64,000 nt of DNA from Chitinophagales bacterium. GTDB lineage: Bacteria; Bacteroidota; Bacteroidia; Chitinophagales; UBA8649. The position numbers were made by a program, and so were the translations under genes. Below the pieces are notes generated by a model. That model did no database searches and was not told the DNA's origin. It saw nothing but the letters and a program-made list of their open reading frames with translations. How positions within the stretch are numbered: the first letter of the stretch is position 1; the number at the start of each line of letters is the position of its first letter. The stretch lies in assembly GCA_037624485.1 (NCBI GenBank), contig JASJJC010000023.1:64216-128215 (forward strand). Direction: 5' to 3'. Shown here one piece after another: positions 20,342-30,043 of the stretch.

Positions 20342-21268
20342 ATGAGTATAGTAACAGTTGGAACCGTGGCGTTTGACGCCATTGAAACACCCTTTGGAAA
20401 GACGGACAAAATCGTAGGTGGAGCTGCTACTTATATCGCTTGGGCGGCATCTTATTTTACAAAAGATATTAATGTGGTTTCTGTGATAGGCGATGACTTC
20501 GACATGGAGGAGTTGCGCAAATTAGAAGCAAGGGGCGTCGATACCTCGGGTATAGAAATTAAAGCGGGCGGAAAATCATTCTTTTGGTCAGGCAAGTACC
20601 ACATGGACATGAATAGCAGAGATACACTAGCTACAGAATTGAACGTATTGTTAGAGTTTAATCCGGTGTTGCCAGAAAGTTATAGAACCCAGGATATTTT
20701 AATGTTAGGAAACATCGATCCGATGTTACAATTGAATGTGATTAAGCAAATGGCAGTGCGCCCAAAGTTGATTATCATGGATACGATGAATTTTTGGATG
20801 GACTCAACACCCGATCAGTTGAACCAAGTAATCAAAGAGGTTGATGTTTTAACTATTAACGATGAGGAGGCCCGCCAGTTGAGTAATGAATATTCTTTAG
20901 TGAAAGCGGCTAAGAAGATTTTAACAATGGGACCTAAGTTTTTGGTCATCAAAAAAGGTGAGCATGGTGCATTATTGTTTCATGAAAACCAGGTGTTTTT
21001 TGCACCAGCCCTGCCATTGGAGGAAGTTTTTGATCCTACAGGCGCTGGCGATACCTTTGCTGGAGGATTTGTAGGGTGGATCGCCAAAACCAAGAACATT
21101 TCATTTGACAACATGAAGACCGCGATAATTTACGGAAGTACTATGGCTTCTTTCTGTGTTGAGAAATTTGGAACAGAGCGTCTTCAAACATTAACGCAAG
21201 AAGAAATTGACGAGCGTGTTCAACAATTTGTTCAGCTCGTTCAATTTGATATTGACCTAGTAGATTAA
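20342..21268 (+). CDS. PfkB-family carbohydrate/nucleoside kinase
   Basis: 308 aa with the C-terminal PfkB signature DPTGAGDTFAGGF. Confidence 0.85.
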   Translation: MSIVTVGTVAFDAIETPFGKTDKIVGGAATYIAWAASYFTKDINVVSVIGDDFDMEELRKLEARGVDTSGIEIKAGGKSFFWSGKYHMDMNSRDTLATELNVLLEFNPVLPESYRTQDILMLGNIDPMLQLNVIKQMAVRPKLIIMDTMNFWMDSTPDQLNQVIKEVDVLTINDEEARQLSNEYSLVKAAKKILTMGPKFLVIKKGEHGALLFHENQVFFAPALPLEEVFDPTGAGDTFAGGFVGWIAKTKNISFDNMKTAIIYGSTMASFCVEKFGTERLQTLTQEEIDERVQQFVQLVQFDIDLVD

Positions 21269-21286
21269 GCTTTTTAGGAGCTAAGC

Positions 21287-22276
21287 TTAGGACAATTTCC
21301 TTTTCAATAACTCTTCGGCAATCTGAATAGCGTTGGTTGCTGCGCCCTTTCTTAAATTGTCAGCCACGATCCACATATTTAAACTATTTGGGTAGGAAAA
21401 ATCCTTTCGCACGCGCCCGACAAAGACCTCGTCTTTATGTTCGGTAAATATAGGCATTGGGTATTCGTTTTTTGCGGGGTTATCTTTTAATTCTACTCCT
21501 GGAGTTTGTTTTATAGTGGCCAAAACCTCTTGCATAGTAAAGTCTTTAGCAAAACAGGCATTCACACTCATACTATGTCCACCCACCACTGGTACACGTA
21601 CAACAGTAGCCGTCACTTTTATACTGTAATCATTAAATATTTTGCGCGTTTCCTCGTACAGCTTCATTTCCTCGCTCGTATAACCGTTTTCTTCGAAATC
21701 ACCCCCGTGCGGCAAACAGTTTAAATCGATAGGGTGCGGATAAACCATATCAACCTCTCGATCTTCTCGTTCTGCGAATAATTGATTTAAAGCTCTCACC
21801 CCGGTCCCTGTTACGGATTGGTAAGTGGAAACAACAAGCCGGTTTAGCTTATATTTTTGATGAAGTCCAGCAAGAGCTAATACCATTTGTATGGTAGAGC
21901 AATTGGGGTTAGCTATGATTTGGTGCTCGGCTCGAACTGCATTCATATTAATCTCAGGAACAACTAAAGGAACACTATCATTCTTTCTCCAAGCAGAAGA
22001 ATTGTCAATTACCAGGCACCCAATTTTTACAAACGCTGGGGCATATTTTTTTGAACAATCACCCCCTGCGGAAAATAAAGCAATGTCTGGTTTGGCAGCA
22101 ATGGCATCATTTACAGAAATACACGAATATGTCACACCCTTACAATACAGGGTTTTCCCAATAGAGTTTTCTGATCCACAAATAATCAATTCCGTATAAG
22201 GAAAGTTGCGTTGTTCTAAAACTTGCAACATAACACCACCCACCATCCCTGTCGCACCAATAACCGCTAGTTTCAT
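21287..22276 (-). CDS. asd: Aspartate-semialdehyde dehydrogenase
   Basis: 329 aa with N-terminal GATGMVG and the active-site NPNCSTIQ motif. Confidence 0.92.
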   Translation of the reverse strand: MKLAVIGATGMVGGVMLQVLEQRNFPYTELIICGSENSIGKTLYCKGVTYSCISVNDAIAAKPDIALFSAGGDCSKKYAPAFVKIGCLVIDNSSAWRKNDSVPLVVPEINMNAVRAEHQIIANPNCSTIQMVLALAGLHQKYKLNRLVVSTYQSVTGTGVRALNQLFAEREDREVDMVYPHPIDLNCLPHGGDFEENGYTSEEMKLYEETRKIFNDYSIKVTATVVRVPVVGGHSMSVNACFAKDFTMQEVLATIKQTPGVELKDNPAKNEYPMPIFTEHKDEVFVGRVRKDFSYPNSLNMWIVADNLRKGAATNAIQIAEELLKRKLS

Positions 22277-22348
22277 TTGAATAAGTTATAATGCAAAATT
22301 ACAAGCTTAAAACTAATTTCTAGCCGCTTTTCAATAATATTACTGACT

Positions 22349-24049
22349 ATGATAAAGTTGAAAACAATTATCACGTGTTTTTTATTCTATGGACCCTGCC
22401 ATTTACTCGCCCAATACCAGGATATCTGGATTAATGAAATCTACGCCGACCAAACGCCAAGTTTTGGCATGCCAAATGCAGAGTTTTTGGAATTAAAAAA
22501 CAACACAACAGACACTCTTGATTTAAATAATTGGCGTTTGTCAGACGCCTTAGACACGGTTCTACTTCCAATAGTTAAGATCCCACCTCTGGAGTATTTG
22601 ATTTTATGTAAAGCAAGTGCAGAGCCTATGTATAGTAATTTTGGATCTTCACTAGGAGTGCCAAACTTACCATCTTTAAATAACGCAGGAGATGTGCTCA
22701 AGATTTGGAACCAGTTTGGTGTATTAATAGATAGTGTAACATATGGAAAGGAGTTTTATCAAGAAGAAACCGATAGTTTGGGAAATTTTAAGTGGGCTGG
22801 CGGCTATAGTTTAGAACGCCTAGCAAGCACATCACTTTGCGGATCAATTTACAATTGGCTTCCTAGTCGAAGCATACTTGGAGCTAGTCCTGGAAAGAAG
22901 AACAGTGTTCTTAACCTAAACTTACCTGCATTAGACGCTCAGTTGGCTGAAGTGTTTATCGCAGACGACAAAACACTTCAGTTGATTTTTACAGAAGAGC
23001 TTTCCGCTTTTTCTGAACAAAACATGTTTCTGGCCGATAATGTCATAACGCATGCGTCATTGTATTCGCCCAATACAGTATCCGCCTTATTGGCGGTGCC
23101 TCTAATTCCTAACGATTATTATACCCTTTCTTTTTCCGCACTAAACGACTGCAGGGGAGAACTCTTTCATTTAGAGGAGTACACATTTTTTTATTATGAT
23201 GAAGTCCAACAGGGAGATGTTGTGATTAATGAACTTCTATTTAACCCCCATACGGGCGGAGTAGACTTTATTGAATTATACAACAAAAGCGATAAGCTAA
23301 TTCTTATGGAAGGGTTTCGCTTTGTAGAATATGATGTTTTTGATACCGCTGAGGAGATAGAAAATAAAGCGATAAAAAGTGTACAAATTGAACCTGGAGA
23401 ATACCACGTCTTTGCTTCTGATACAGCTAATATTATTATGCAATATAGGGTGTTTGAAGCTAAATGGCTGCACGAAAACAGTATTCCCAACATGCCGGAT
23501 GATGAAGGAATTATTGTTGTGCAATTTCCGGATGGACGCGCTATGGACAGTATGTGTTATCGTTCAAGCTGGCACTTAGCTTCTTTGGACTACCAAGATG
23601 GAGTCACCTTGGAAAGAATCCATTCAAACCTAACAACAAACAACCAGGCTAATTGGCATTCAGCGGCCCGATCATATGGACATGGAACTCCTACAGCGGA
23701 AAATTCACAATCAGGACTTGCCTTAACAGAAGGTGGCCTAAGTGTTTATCCAAAGGTTTTTACACCTAACCAAGATGGCCAAAATGATTATTGTAGTATT
23801 CAATATCAATCAGACAATATAGGGCAAATAGGCAACCTCAGTATTTATGATATTCAAGGACGACAAATTCGATTACTCGCCCAAAACCATAGTTTAGGAA
23901 AAACAAACAGTTGGCTTTGGGAGGGTTTGAATAACACGTTTGAAAAAGTATCGACCGGCATTTATTTTGTGTTGTTGGAGGTGCACGAAGAAAACGGAAG
24001 AACACGAGCACTAAAGAAGCTTGTTGTTTTGGGTGCCATGTCCAATTGA
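22349..24049 (+). CDS. Secreted protein with two lamin-tail-like domains and a T9SS type B (gliding-motility CTD-like) C-terminus
   Basis: 566 aa. It has two LTD-like segments (INEIYAD...EFLELKNNT...WRLSD and INELLFNP...DFIELYNKSD). The C-terminal FTPNQDGQNDY motif is typical of the CHU_C/type B sorting domain. Confidence 0.6.
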   Translation: MIKLKTIITCFLFYGPCHLLAQYQDIWINEIYADQTPSFGMPNAEFLELKNNTTDTLDLNNWRLSDALDTVLLPIVKIPPLEYLILCKASAEPMYSNFGSSLGVPNLPSLNNAGDVLKIWNQFGVLIDSVTYGKEFYQEETDSLGNFKWAGGYSLERLASTSLCGSIYNWLPSRSILGASPGKKNSVLNLNLPALDAQLAEVFIADDKTLQLIFTEELSAFSEQNMFLADNVITHASLYSPNTVSALLAVPLIPNDYYTLSFSALNDCRGELFHLEEYTFFYYDEVQQGDVVINELLFNPHTGGVDFIELYNKSDKLILMEGFRFVEYDVFDTAEEIENKAIKSVQIEPGEYHVFASDTANIIMQYRVFEAKWLHENSIPNMPDDEGIIVVQFPDGRAMDSMCYRSSWHLASLDYQDGVTLERIHSNLTTNNQANWHSAARSYGHGTPTAENSQSGLALTEGGLSVYPKVFTPNQDGQNDYCSIQYQSDNIGQIGNLSIYDIQGRQIRLLAQNHSLGKTNSWLWEGLNNTFEKVSTGIYFVLLEVHEENGRTRALKKLVVLGAMSN

Positions 24050-24107
24050 TTCGATTGACACCAAATGCAGTATTCAGGAAAAATAAAAAATATAGGCTAG
24101 GAATATT

Positions 24108-24115
24108 TACCTTTG
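24108..24115 (+). promoter_or_regulatory. Bacteroidota -7 box (TACCTTTG) for tRNA-Leu
   Basis: Matches TAnnTTTG and ends 10 nt upstream of the tRNA 5' end. Confidence 0.5.
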
Positions 24116-24125
24116 TGTTATTAAA

Positions 24126-24209
24126 TGCCCGGGTGGAGAAATTGGTAGACTCGCCACCTTGAGGGGGTGGTGGCAGCAATGCCGTGCAAGTTCGAATCTT
24201 GTTCCGGGT
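24126..24209 (+). tRNA. tRNA-Leu (anticodon GAG), type II with long variable arm
   Basis: Acceptor GCCCGGG/TCCGGGT, anticodon stem CCACC/GGTGG with loop TTGAGGG, variable arm GGCAgcaaTGCC, and T-loop GTTCGAATC. Confidence 0.9.
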
Positions 24210-24534
24210 ACTTAATTTTAAGAAAAGTCTTTAATGTGACACCTTCAATTCGTTGCATATACTCGTTATATAATCCAGGGCTTAAGTCGCCAATAAAGCA
24301 CCTGACTTTCTCATGGTTTTTTATCACCACTTGCCTAAGTTTGTTATAGCCCAGTAAGCCTTGAAACGATAAATTTTTGCTGATTATATTACAGTCATCA
24401 TTTTCAGGATTTGTTTTAAAACATTTGCCAAAAATTCAAATTGAATAATAACAAAAAAGCAATACGACGAAGAACGGTTGAGTTTTTTAAATAGTTGGGT
24501 TTAATGAAGGAAATTATAATTAAAACCCTTTGTG

Positions 24535-24542
24535 TATTTTTG
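24535..24542 (+). promoter_or_regulatory. Bacteroidota -7 box (TATTTTTG) 4 nt from ATG
   Basis: Matches TAnnTTTG. The ATG at 24547 follows after 4 nt, which suggests a leaderless or near-leaderless mRNA. Confidence 0.4.
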
Positions 24543-24546
24543 CAGC

Positions 24547-25701
24547 ATGATTACTAGAGACATATATAGTGAAGAGCACGAAATATTCAGACAATCTGTA
24601 CGTGACTTTGTTGCCAAGGAAATAACACCATTTAATGCGCAATGGGAAAAAGATCAAATGGTAAGCCGTGAGTCTTGGCTAAAATTGGGAGAAGCGGGTT
24701 TTTTGTGCATGCAGGCACCAGAAAAGTATGGAGGACTAGATCTTCATGATTTCAGATATAACACTATTTTTTCTGAGGAGTTAGGGTTGACGGGGTGTGC
24801 GGGCCCAGCGGTTGGATATCCTCTTCACAGCGACATTGTATTTCCATATATATTGCATTATGGTCAGGAAAGCTTTTTGAAAAAAGTAGTACCAGGGTGC
24901 ATAAGCGGAGAAACAATTTTAGCGATTGCCATGACTGAACCGGGAGCGGGAAGTGACCTACAAGGCATTCGTTCTAGTGCTCACGATAAGGGAGACCACT
25001 ATCTTTTAAACGGAAGCAAAACCTTTATTACAAATGGATACTTAGCGGGAGGGGTTGTGGTGGCCGCAAAAACAGACCCTTCAAAAGGGGCAAAGGGAAT
25101 CAGTTTATTTTATGTTGATACAAAAAGCGAGGGTTTTAGTAAGGGAAAACCATTCGAGAAGGTGGGTTTACACGCACAAGATACTTGTGAGTTGTTTTTT
25201 GAAAATGTAAAAATTCCGAAAGAAAACTTACTAGGTGAAGAAGGGAAAGGCTTTAGTTATTTGATGACCGAGTTAGCGCAAGAAAGACTGGTTGTAGCGA
25301 CAGGGGCAATAGCCCAGGCGGAAAATGCTTTACAAAAAACAATACAATATGTAAAAGAGCGAAGCGCCTTCGGGACGACGGTAGACAAATTTCAAAATAC
25401 ACGATTTAAGATTGCAGAATTAGCAACAGAAGTGCAGATTGGCCGGATTTTTCTTGATAAGTGTGTTGCGGAACATAATGAAGGTCGTCTTGACCAAGCA
25501 ACGGCTTCAATGGCTAAATATTGGTTGACGGATCTGCAATATAAAGTAGCCGAGGAGGGACTTCAACTGCACGGTGGGTATGGATATATTTGGGAATATG
25601 ATATTGCACGTGCATGGGCAGATAGCCGAGTTCAACGAATTTATGCGGGTACCAACGAAATAATGAAAGAGCTAATAGCGAGAAGTGTTTTGGGTAAGTA
25701 A
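24547..25701 (+). CDS. Acyl-CoA dehydrogenase
   Basis: About 384 aa from the ATG at 24547. The track's GTG at 24532 lies inside the putative promoter. The sequence follows the ACAD family pattern throughout (AMTEPGAGSD, GYGY, IYAGTNEI). Confidence 0.9.
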   Translation: MITRDIYSEEHEIFRQSVRDFVAKEITPFNAQWEKDQMVSRESWLKLGEAGFLCMQAPEKYGGLDLHDFRYNTIFSEELGLTGCAGPAVGYPLHSDIVFPYILHYGQESFLKKVVPGCISGETILAIAMTEPGAGSDLQGIRSSAHDKGDHYLLNGSKTFITNGYLAGGVVVAAKTDPSKGAKGISLFYVDTKSEGFSKGKPFEKVGLHAQDTCELFFENVKIPKENLLGEEGKGFSYLMTELAQERLVVATGAIAQAENALQKTIQYVKERSAFGTTVDKFQNTRFKIAELATEVQIGRIFLDKCVAEHNEGRLDQATASMAKYWLTDLQYKVAEEGLQLHGGYGYIWEYDIARAWADSRVQRIYAGTNEIMKELIARSVLGK

Positions 25702-25792
25702 ATCGCGGGGGGTGCGACGTATTTATAGGCTCCATTAAAATGTTTTTATGTACTTGAATCGCTTACTATCCTTGGGCGTATTCATGAAACCA

Positions 25793-26497
25793 TCAGCATA
25801 AAGTGTCTAATGCAATTTTCGCGGCTTTTTGCTCCGCTATTTTCTTACTCTTACCATAATTGTCAGCCACCTGCTCGTGATCAAGGTTTACAGCAATGTG
25901 AAAACGTTTATTGTCGTCTTTTAAGTTTTCATTAAGCAGCACAAACGTTAACAGTTTTTTATGTTTTTGGCAATATCGAAACAAAGAGCTTTTGTGATCG
26001 ACTACTTGAGCTTCTAGTTTGTGCCAATCAATATAAGGCCCAACTAATTTACTTTCAATAAACAATTGACAAGCTGCATATCCTTGGTCCAAATAAATAG
26101 CACCAATCAAAGCTTCCAGCGCATTACCAACAGTATTGTCTAGTCCATCCTGAGTTTGCGTCTCTCTATAACTTATTAATGAAAGCAGGTTTAAGTTGTT
26201 TCCCAATTTATTAAGCATATTTCTACTCACCATTTTTGAACGCAGCTTTGAAAGCTCCCCCTCATTCTTTTCAGGAAAATTTGAATAGATTATTGCACTT
26301 ATTACAGCGTCAAGAACACTATCTCCCAAAAACTCTAAGCGCTCGTTATTCTCCAGGTTTTTAGATTTATGCTTGAACGCAAGCTGATATAGGTTTAGGT
26401 TTTTTGTGCGCAAACCGGTAAGCTTGTAAATTTCAATATAAAAAGGGTCCTTGCCGTTTGAAGACAAAAACTTTAAGATATATTTTAAACAAGTCAA
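25793..26497 (-). CDS. rnc: Ribonuclease III
   Basis: 234 aa with the RNase III signature ERLEFLGDSVLD and a C-terminal dsRBD-like segment. The TTG start is 3 nt after the fabF stop. Confidence 0.9.
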   Translation of the reverse strand: MTCLKYILKFLSSNGKDPFYIEIYKLTGLRTKNLNLYQLAFKHKSKNLENNERLEFLGDSVLDAVISAIIYSNFPEKNEGELSKLRSKMVSRNMLNKLGNNLNLLSLISYRETQTQDGLDNTVGNALEALIGAIYLDQGYAACQLFIESKLVGPYIDWHKLEAQVVDHKSSLFRYCQKHKKLLTFVLLNENLKDDNKRFHIAVNLDHEQVADNYGKSKKIAEQKAAKIALDTLC

Positions 26498-26500
26498 TAT

Positions 26501-27751
26501 TTAGATCTTTTTAAAGATCACGGACGCATTATGCCCACCAAAACCAAAAGTATTACTTAAAGCAACGTTAACTTCTCGCTTTTGAGCTTTGTTTAGGGTT
26601 AAGTTTAGCTTTTGATTGATGTTTTCGTCAGCATGTTTAAAGTTGATGGTTGGAGGAATAATTCCATCTTTAATAGCCATGATACAAGCAACGGACTCAA
26701 CCGCACCAGCTGCACCCAAGAGGTGTCCGGTCATAGATTTTGTGGAGGAGATATTTAAGTTGTATGCATGGTCGCCAAAAACGTGCTTAACAGCCAACGT
26801 CTCTGCGATATCTCCAAGAGGCGTAGATGTTCCGTGAACGTTTATATAATCAATTTCTTCTGGCCTTAACTGCGCATCTTTAAGCGCGTTAATCATTACG
26901 TTTTGAGCCCCTAAACCTTCCGGGTGAGGTGCAGTTAAATGATGCGCATCAGCACTCATGCCACCACCCACAATTTCACAATATATTTTAGCTCCCCTAG
27001 CTTTTGCGTGCTCGTATTCTTCAAAAATAAGTCCAGCAGCGCCTTCACCCATAACAAAACCATCACGGGTAAGATCAAATGGACGGGATGCTGTGGCATA
27101 ATTATCATTATTTTCAGATAGCGCCTTCATTGCATTAAACCCACCTATTCCACCTTCGCAAATAGCTGCCTCTGACCCACCTGTCACGAATAAATCAGCC
27201 ATACCTAATCGAATGTAATTGTAGGCATCAATCATAGCGTTAGTAGATGATGCGCAAGCAGACACAGCGGAAAAATTTGGACCTCTCAACCCGTGTCGCA
27301 TGGAAATATGCCCTGGAGCAATATCAATAATCATCTTTGGAATAAAAAAAGGATTGAACCGAGGTGTCCCCGTTCCAGTAAAAAAACCACCTATTTCTTG
27401 TTGAAAAACGTTTATTCCACCAATTCCACTACCCCAAATTACACCGAAACGATCCTTATTAACTGTTTCATTTTCGAATAAATCAGCATCCTTAATGGCC
27501 TCATCAGCTGCAACCATAGCATACTGTGTAAATGGGTCCATTCGCCGAGCTTCTTTTCTATCCAGATGTTGGGAGATGTCAAAATTCTTAAGCTCACAGG
27601 CGAACTTAGTTTTAAACTCTGAGGTGTCAAAATGAGTAATGGGAGCAGCACCGCTGACTCCCATTACTAAATTTTTCCAATATTCCTCAAGATTGTTTCC
27701 TATTGGAGTAAGCGCTCCAATACCAGTAACAACTACTCTTTTAAGTTCCAT
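26501..27751 (-). CDS. fabF: Beta-ketoacyl-ACP synthase II
   Basis: 416 aa with the active-site Cys context (SAVSACASS), the His pair contexts and the GFGGHNAS C-terminus. Confidence 0.95.
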   Translation of the reverse strand: MELKRVVVTGIGALTPIGNNLEEYWKNLVMGVSGAAPITHFDTSEFKTKFACELKNFDISQHLDRKEARRMDPFTQYAMVAADEAIKDADLFENETVNKDRFGVIWGSGIGGINVFQQEIGGFFTGTGTPRFNPFFIPKMIIDIAPGHISMRHGLRGPNFSAVSACASSTNAMIDAYNYIRLGMADLFVTGGSEAAICEGGIGGFNAMKALSENNDNYATASRPFDLTRDGFVMGEGAAGLIFEEYEHAKARGAKIYCEIVGGGMSADAHHLTAPHPEGLGAQNVMINALKDAQLRPEEIDYINVHGTSTPLGDIAETLAVKHVFGDHAYNLNISSTKSMTGHLLGAAGAVESVACIMAIKDGIIPPTINFKHADENINQKLNLTLNKAQKREVNVALSNTFGFGGHNASVIFKKI

Positions 27752-27763
27752 AAGGTATAAAGC

Positions 27764-27997
27764 TTAGGCGTTTTCTTCTAAATATTTTATAGCATCTCCA
27801 ACAGTTGAGATAGTTTCTGCTTTTTCGTCAGGAATAGAGAGATTAAATTCTTTTTCGAATTCCATAATCAACTCTACAGTATCTAATGAATCTGCACCTA
27901 AATCATTTGTAAAACTAGCTTCTTTAGTTACTTCTGATTCTTCCACACCCAATTTATCAACTATAATTTTAGTTATTTTTTCTTGTACGTTAGACAT
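27764..27997 (-). CDS. acpP: Acyl carrier protein
   Basis: 77 aa with the phosphopantetheine attachment motif DLGADSLD. Confidence 0.95.
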   Translation of the reverse strand: MSNVQEKITKIIVDKLGVEESEVTKEASFTNDLGADSLDTVELIMEFEKEFNLSIPDEKAETISTVGDAIKYLEENA

Positions 27998-28022
27998 TTT
28001 TATTTTGTTTGGTTAACTCCGG

Positions 28023-28030
28023 CAAATTTA
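28023..28030 (-). promoter_or_regulatory. Bacteroidota -7 box (TAAATTTG on minus strand) for acpP-fabF-rnc
   Basis: The reverse complement matches TAnnTTTG, about 25 nt upstream of the acpP ATG. Confidence 0.45.
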
Positions 28031-28058
28031 AGTTTATTTTATCAATTCACGCAATTTT

Positions 28059-28526
28059 TTGTTTCCAATCACTAATTGTATTAATTTGCATAGAGTTTTG
28101 GCCACAAAAAAAATCACATATCAACCCAAGGTAAATTATTATATAATTGCCATAGCAAGCGTCCTAAAGGACTACAGGATATCCTTTTATGTCAATCAAT
28201 ACCTTCACCTAAACTTAGAGCGAGACGAGGATTTGGTTAGTGAAAACAAGTCAAAGGAAAGTGCAAATAGTTTTTGTAAATATTACTATCTAGATGATAA
28301 AAGTGAATTTGAATATTTCTTAGTTCAAAACAAACAACTGGGGAAACTTTATTTAAAGTCCTTAAAAAACTTTGACTTTTTACTAATAGTGAAAACTATA
28401 GATGAAGAAACTATAGATACGGGCTCGTTTTATGAACAGTTAAAAAACATAAAAGACGTCCAGTTAGCGTTAGAAATACACTATCTCACATCAACCGAGC
28501 AAAAACGCATAGAAAAAGACTTTTAA
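28059..28526 (+). CDS. Hypothetical protein (position occupied by IPExxxVDY-family proteins in related genomes; motif not clearly seen here)
   Basis: 155-aa ORF with a TTG start. An alternative TTG near 28098 is plausible. It is conserved-looking and sits divergent from acpP and upstream of pyk. Confidence 0.45.
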   Translation: MFPITNCINLHRVLATKKITYQPKVNYYIIAIASVLKDYRISFYVNQYLHLNLERDEDLVSENKSKESANSFCKYYYLDDKSEFEYFLVQNKQLGKLYLKSLKNFDFLLIVKTIDEETIDTGSFYEQLKNIKDVQLALEIHYLTSTEQKRIEKDF

Positions 28527-28539
28527 TTTTGTAGTTTTG
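28524..28539 (+). promoter_or_regulatory. Two tandem -7 boxes (TAATTTTG, TAGTTTTG) upstream of pyk
   Basis: Both match TAnnTTTG, ending 15 and 7 nt before the ATG at 28547. Confidence 0.4.
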
Positions 28540-28546
28540 CCATGTT

Positions 28547-29992
28547 ATGAAGAACATGAAGATACCAGTGAACAAGGCAAAAATGATTGCGACCTTTGGG
28601 CCAGCAATTAGTGCAAGAGAAATATTACTTGAAATAGTAATGGCAGGCGTGGATGTTATACGCTTTAATTTTTCGCACGGTAGCCACCTAGAACACAAGA
28701 ACGGCTTTGATTTAATTAAAAGTATAAATAAAGAGTATGCCCTAAATATTGCTATCCTAGCAGATATGCAGGGACCTAAAATTCGCTTGGGAGAGGTTGA
28801 TGGCACTTTAATGTTAGCGCAAAACTCAACGGTTCAAATAACGGATATTCCAGCAGTTTCGACGAAAGATAGATTATATATTAGTTATAAGGAGTTGTAT
28901 AAGGAGGTGAGACCCCTTGATCGAATCTTGATAAATGATGGTAGAATTGAGTTAAGCGTTTTAAATTCCGATAATAATGAAATTAAGGCCAGGGTTGTTC
29001 ATGGTGGAGCGCTGACTTCAAAGAAAGGTGTGAATTTGCCAGACAGTGATTTAAAAACGCCAGCGCTTACAGAAAAAGATAAGGAAGACCTGCAGTTTGC
29101 TTTGAAGGAGGAAGCGAATTGGATTGCTTTAAGTTTTGTGCGGAAAGCAGAAGACGTAAATGAGATGGCTGAAATTATCGGAGAGCATAGGAGTTACACT
29201 AAAATAATCGCAAAAATTGAAAAACCCGAGGCTGTTAAAAACATTGACAGCATATTAGAAGCTACCGACGCAATAATGGTCGCGAGAGGAGATTTAGGGG
29301 TTGAGATTCCACAAGAGCACGTTCCTTTAGTCCAGAAAAGCATCATTAAAAAATGTATACTTGCCGCTAAGCCAGTTATTGTGGCTACACAGATGATGGA
29401 AAGCATGATTGACAACCCTGTAGCCACAAGAGCAGAAATTAATGACGTAGCTAATGCGGTAATTGATGGTGCTGACGCGGTAATGTTGAGCGGAGAAACA
29501 TCGGTGGGCAGCTACCCAGTTCGGGTTATTCAAACCATGCAGCGGATACTTAGCAACGTAGAGAAATCGGAACTGATTTACGATAAAAACTTAGTAGCTA
29601 ACCCTAAATCAGCAACATACATATCAGACGCAGTGTGCTATAATGCATGTAAAATTTCTAAAGAAGTTGGGGCAAGGGCAATTGTGGGAATGACTCGGTC
29701 TGGATATACCGCTTTTATGATTAGTAGCTATCGCCCAAAAGCGCAAATATTTATTTTTACAGATAATGAAAAATTATTACCTACACTTAACTTGTTTTGG
29801 GGTGTAAGGGCGTTTTATTATAAAGGCTTTGGAGGAACAGATGACACAATAAATGATGTGATTGAAGTTCTTAAGAAACACAAACACCTAAACGTTGGAG
29901 ATATGGTTGTAAATACAGCGAGCATGCCTTTAACCCGCCAAGGCAGAACCAACACTGTCAAGGTTTCAACTGTTCGAGAACTTGAAAATTAG
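28547..29992 (+). CDS. pyk: Pyruvate kinase
   Basis: 481 aa following the family pattern (RFNFSHG, MVARGDLGVEIP, ATQMMESM). Confidence 0.95.
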   Translation: MKNMKIPVNKAKMIATFGPAISAREILLEIVMAGVDVIRFNFSHGSHLEHKNGFDLIKSINKEYALNIAILADMQGPKIRLGEVDGTLMLAQNSTVQITDIPAVSTKDRLYISYKELYKEVRPLDRILINDGRIELSVLNSDNNEIKARVVHGGALTSKKGVNLPDSDLKTPALTEKDKEDLQFALKEEANWIALSFVRKAEDVNEMAEIIGEHRSYTKIIAKIEKPEAVKNIDSILEATDAIMVARGDLGVEIPQEHVPLVQKSIIKKCILAAKPVIVATQMMESMIDNPVATRAEINDVANAVIDGADAVMLSGETSVGSYPVRVIQTMQRILSNVEKSELIYDKNLVANPKSATYISDAVCYNACKISKEVGARAIVGMTRSGYTAFMISSYRPKAQIFIFTDNEKLLPTLNLFWGVRAFYYKGFGGTDDTINDVIEVLKKHKHLNVGDMVVNTASMPLTRQGRTNTVKVSTVRELEN

Positions 29993-30043
29993 TAGCCGGT
30001 ATGAGCGAAGATAAAACTTGAAGATAAGTTCAGTGCTAAGGTG

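Noticed and set aside
24121-24349. Two ORFs (69 aa on -, 60 aa on +) overlapping tRNA-Leu
   Set aside because: They run through a canonical tRNA cloverleaf, so the tRNA explains the sequence.
24210-24531. Possible integrase or mobile-element remnant downstream of tRNA-Leu (the minus-strand frame is open for ~75 codons into the tRNA)
   Set aside because: The translation (…ISKNLSFQGLLGYNKLRQVVIKNHEKVRCFIGDL…) has no tyrosine-recombinase or other recognisable motifs. I found no direct repeat of the tRNA 3' end nearby. The 320-nt gap is adequately explained as terminator plus promoter space.
28486-28806. 106-aa minus-strand ORF across the pyk start
   Set aside because: It is antisense to pyk and to the upstream ORF, with no motif. 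It is a shadow ORF.
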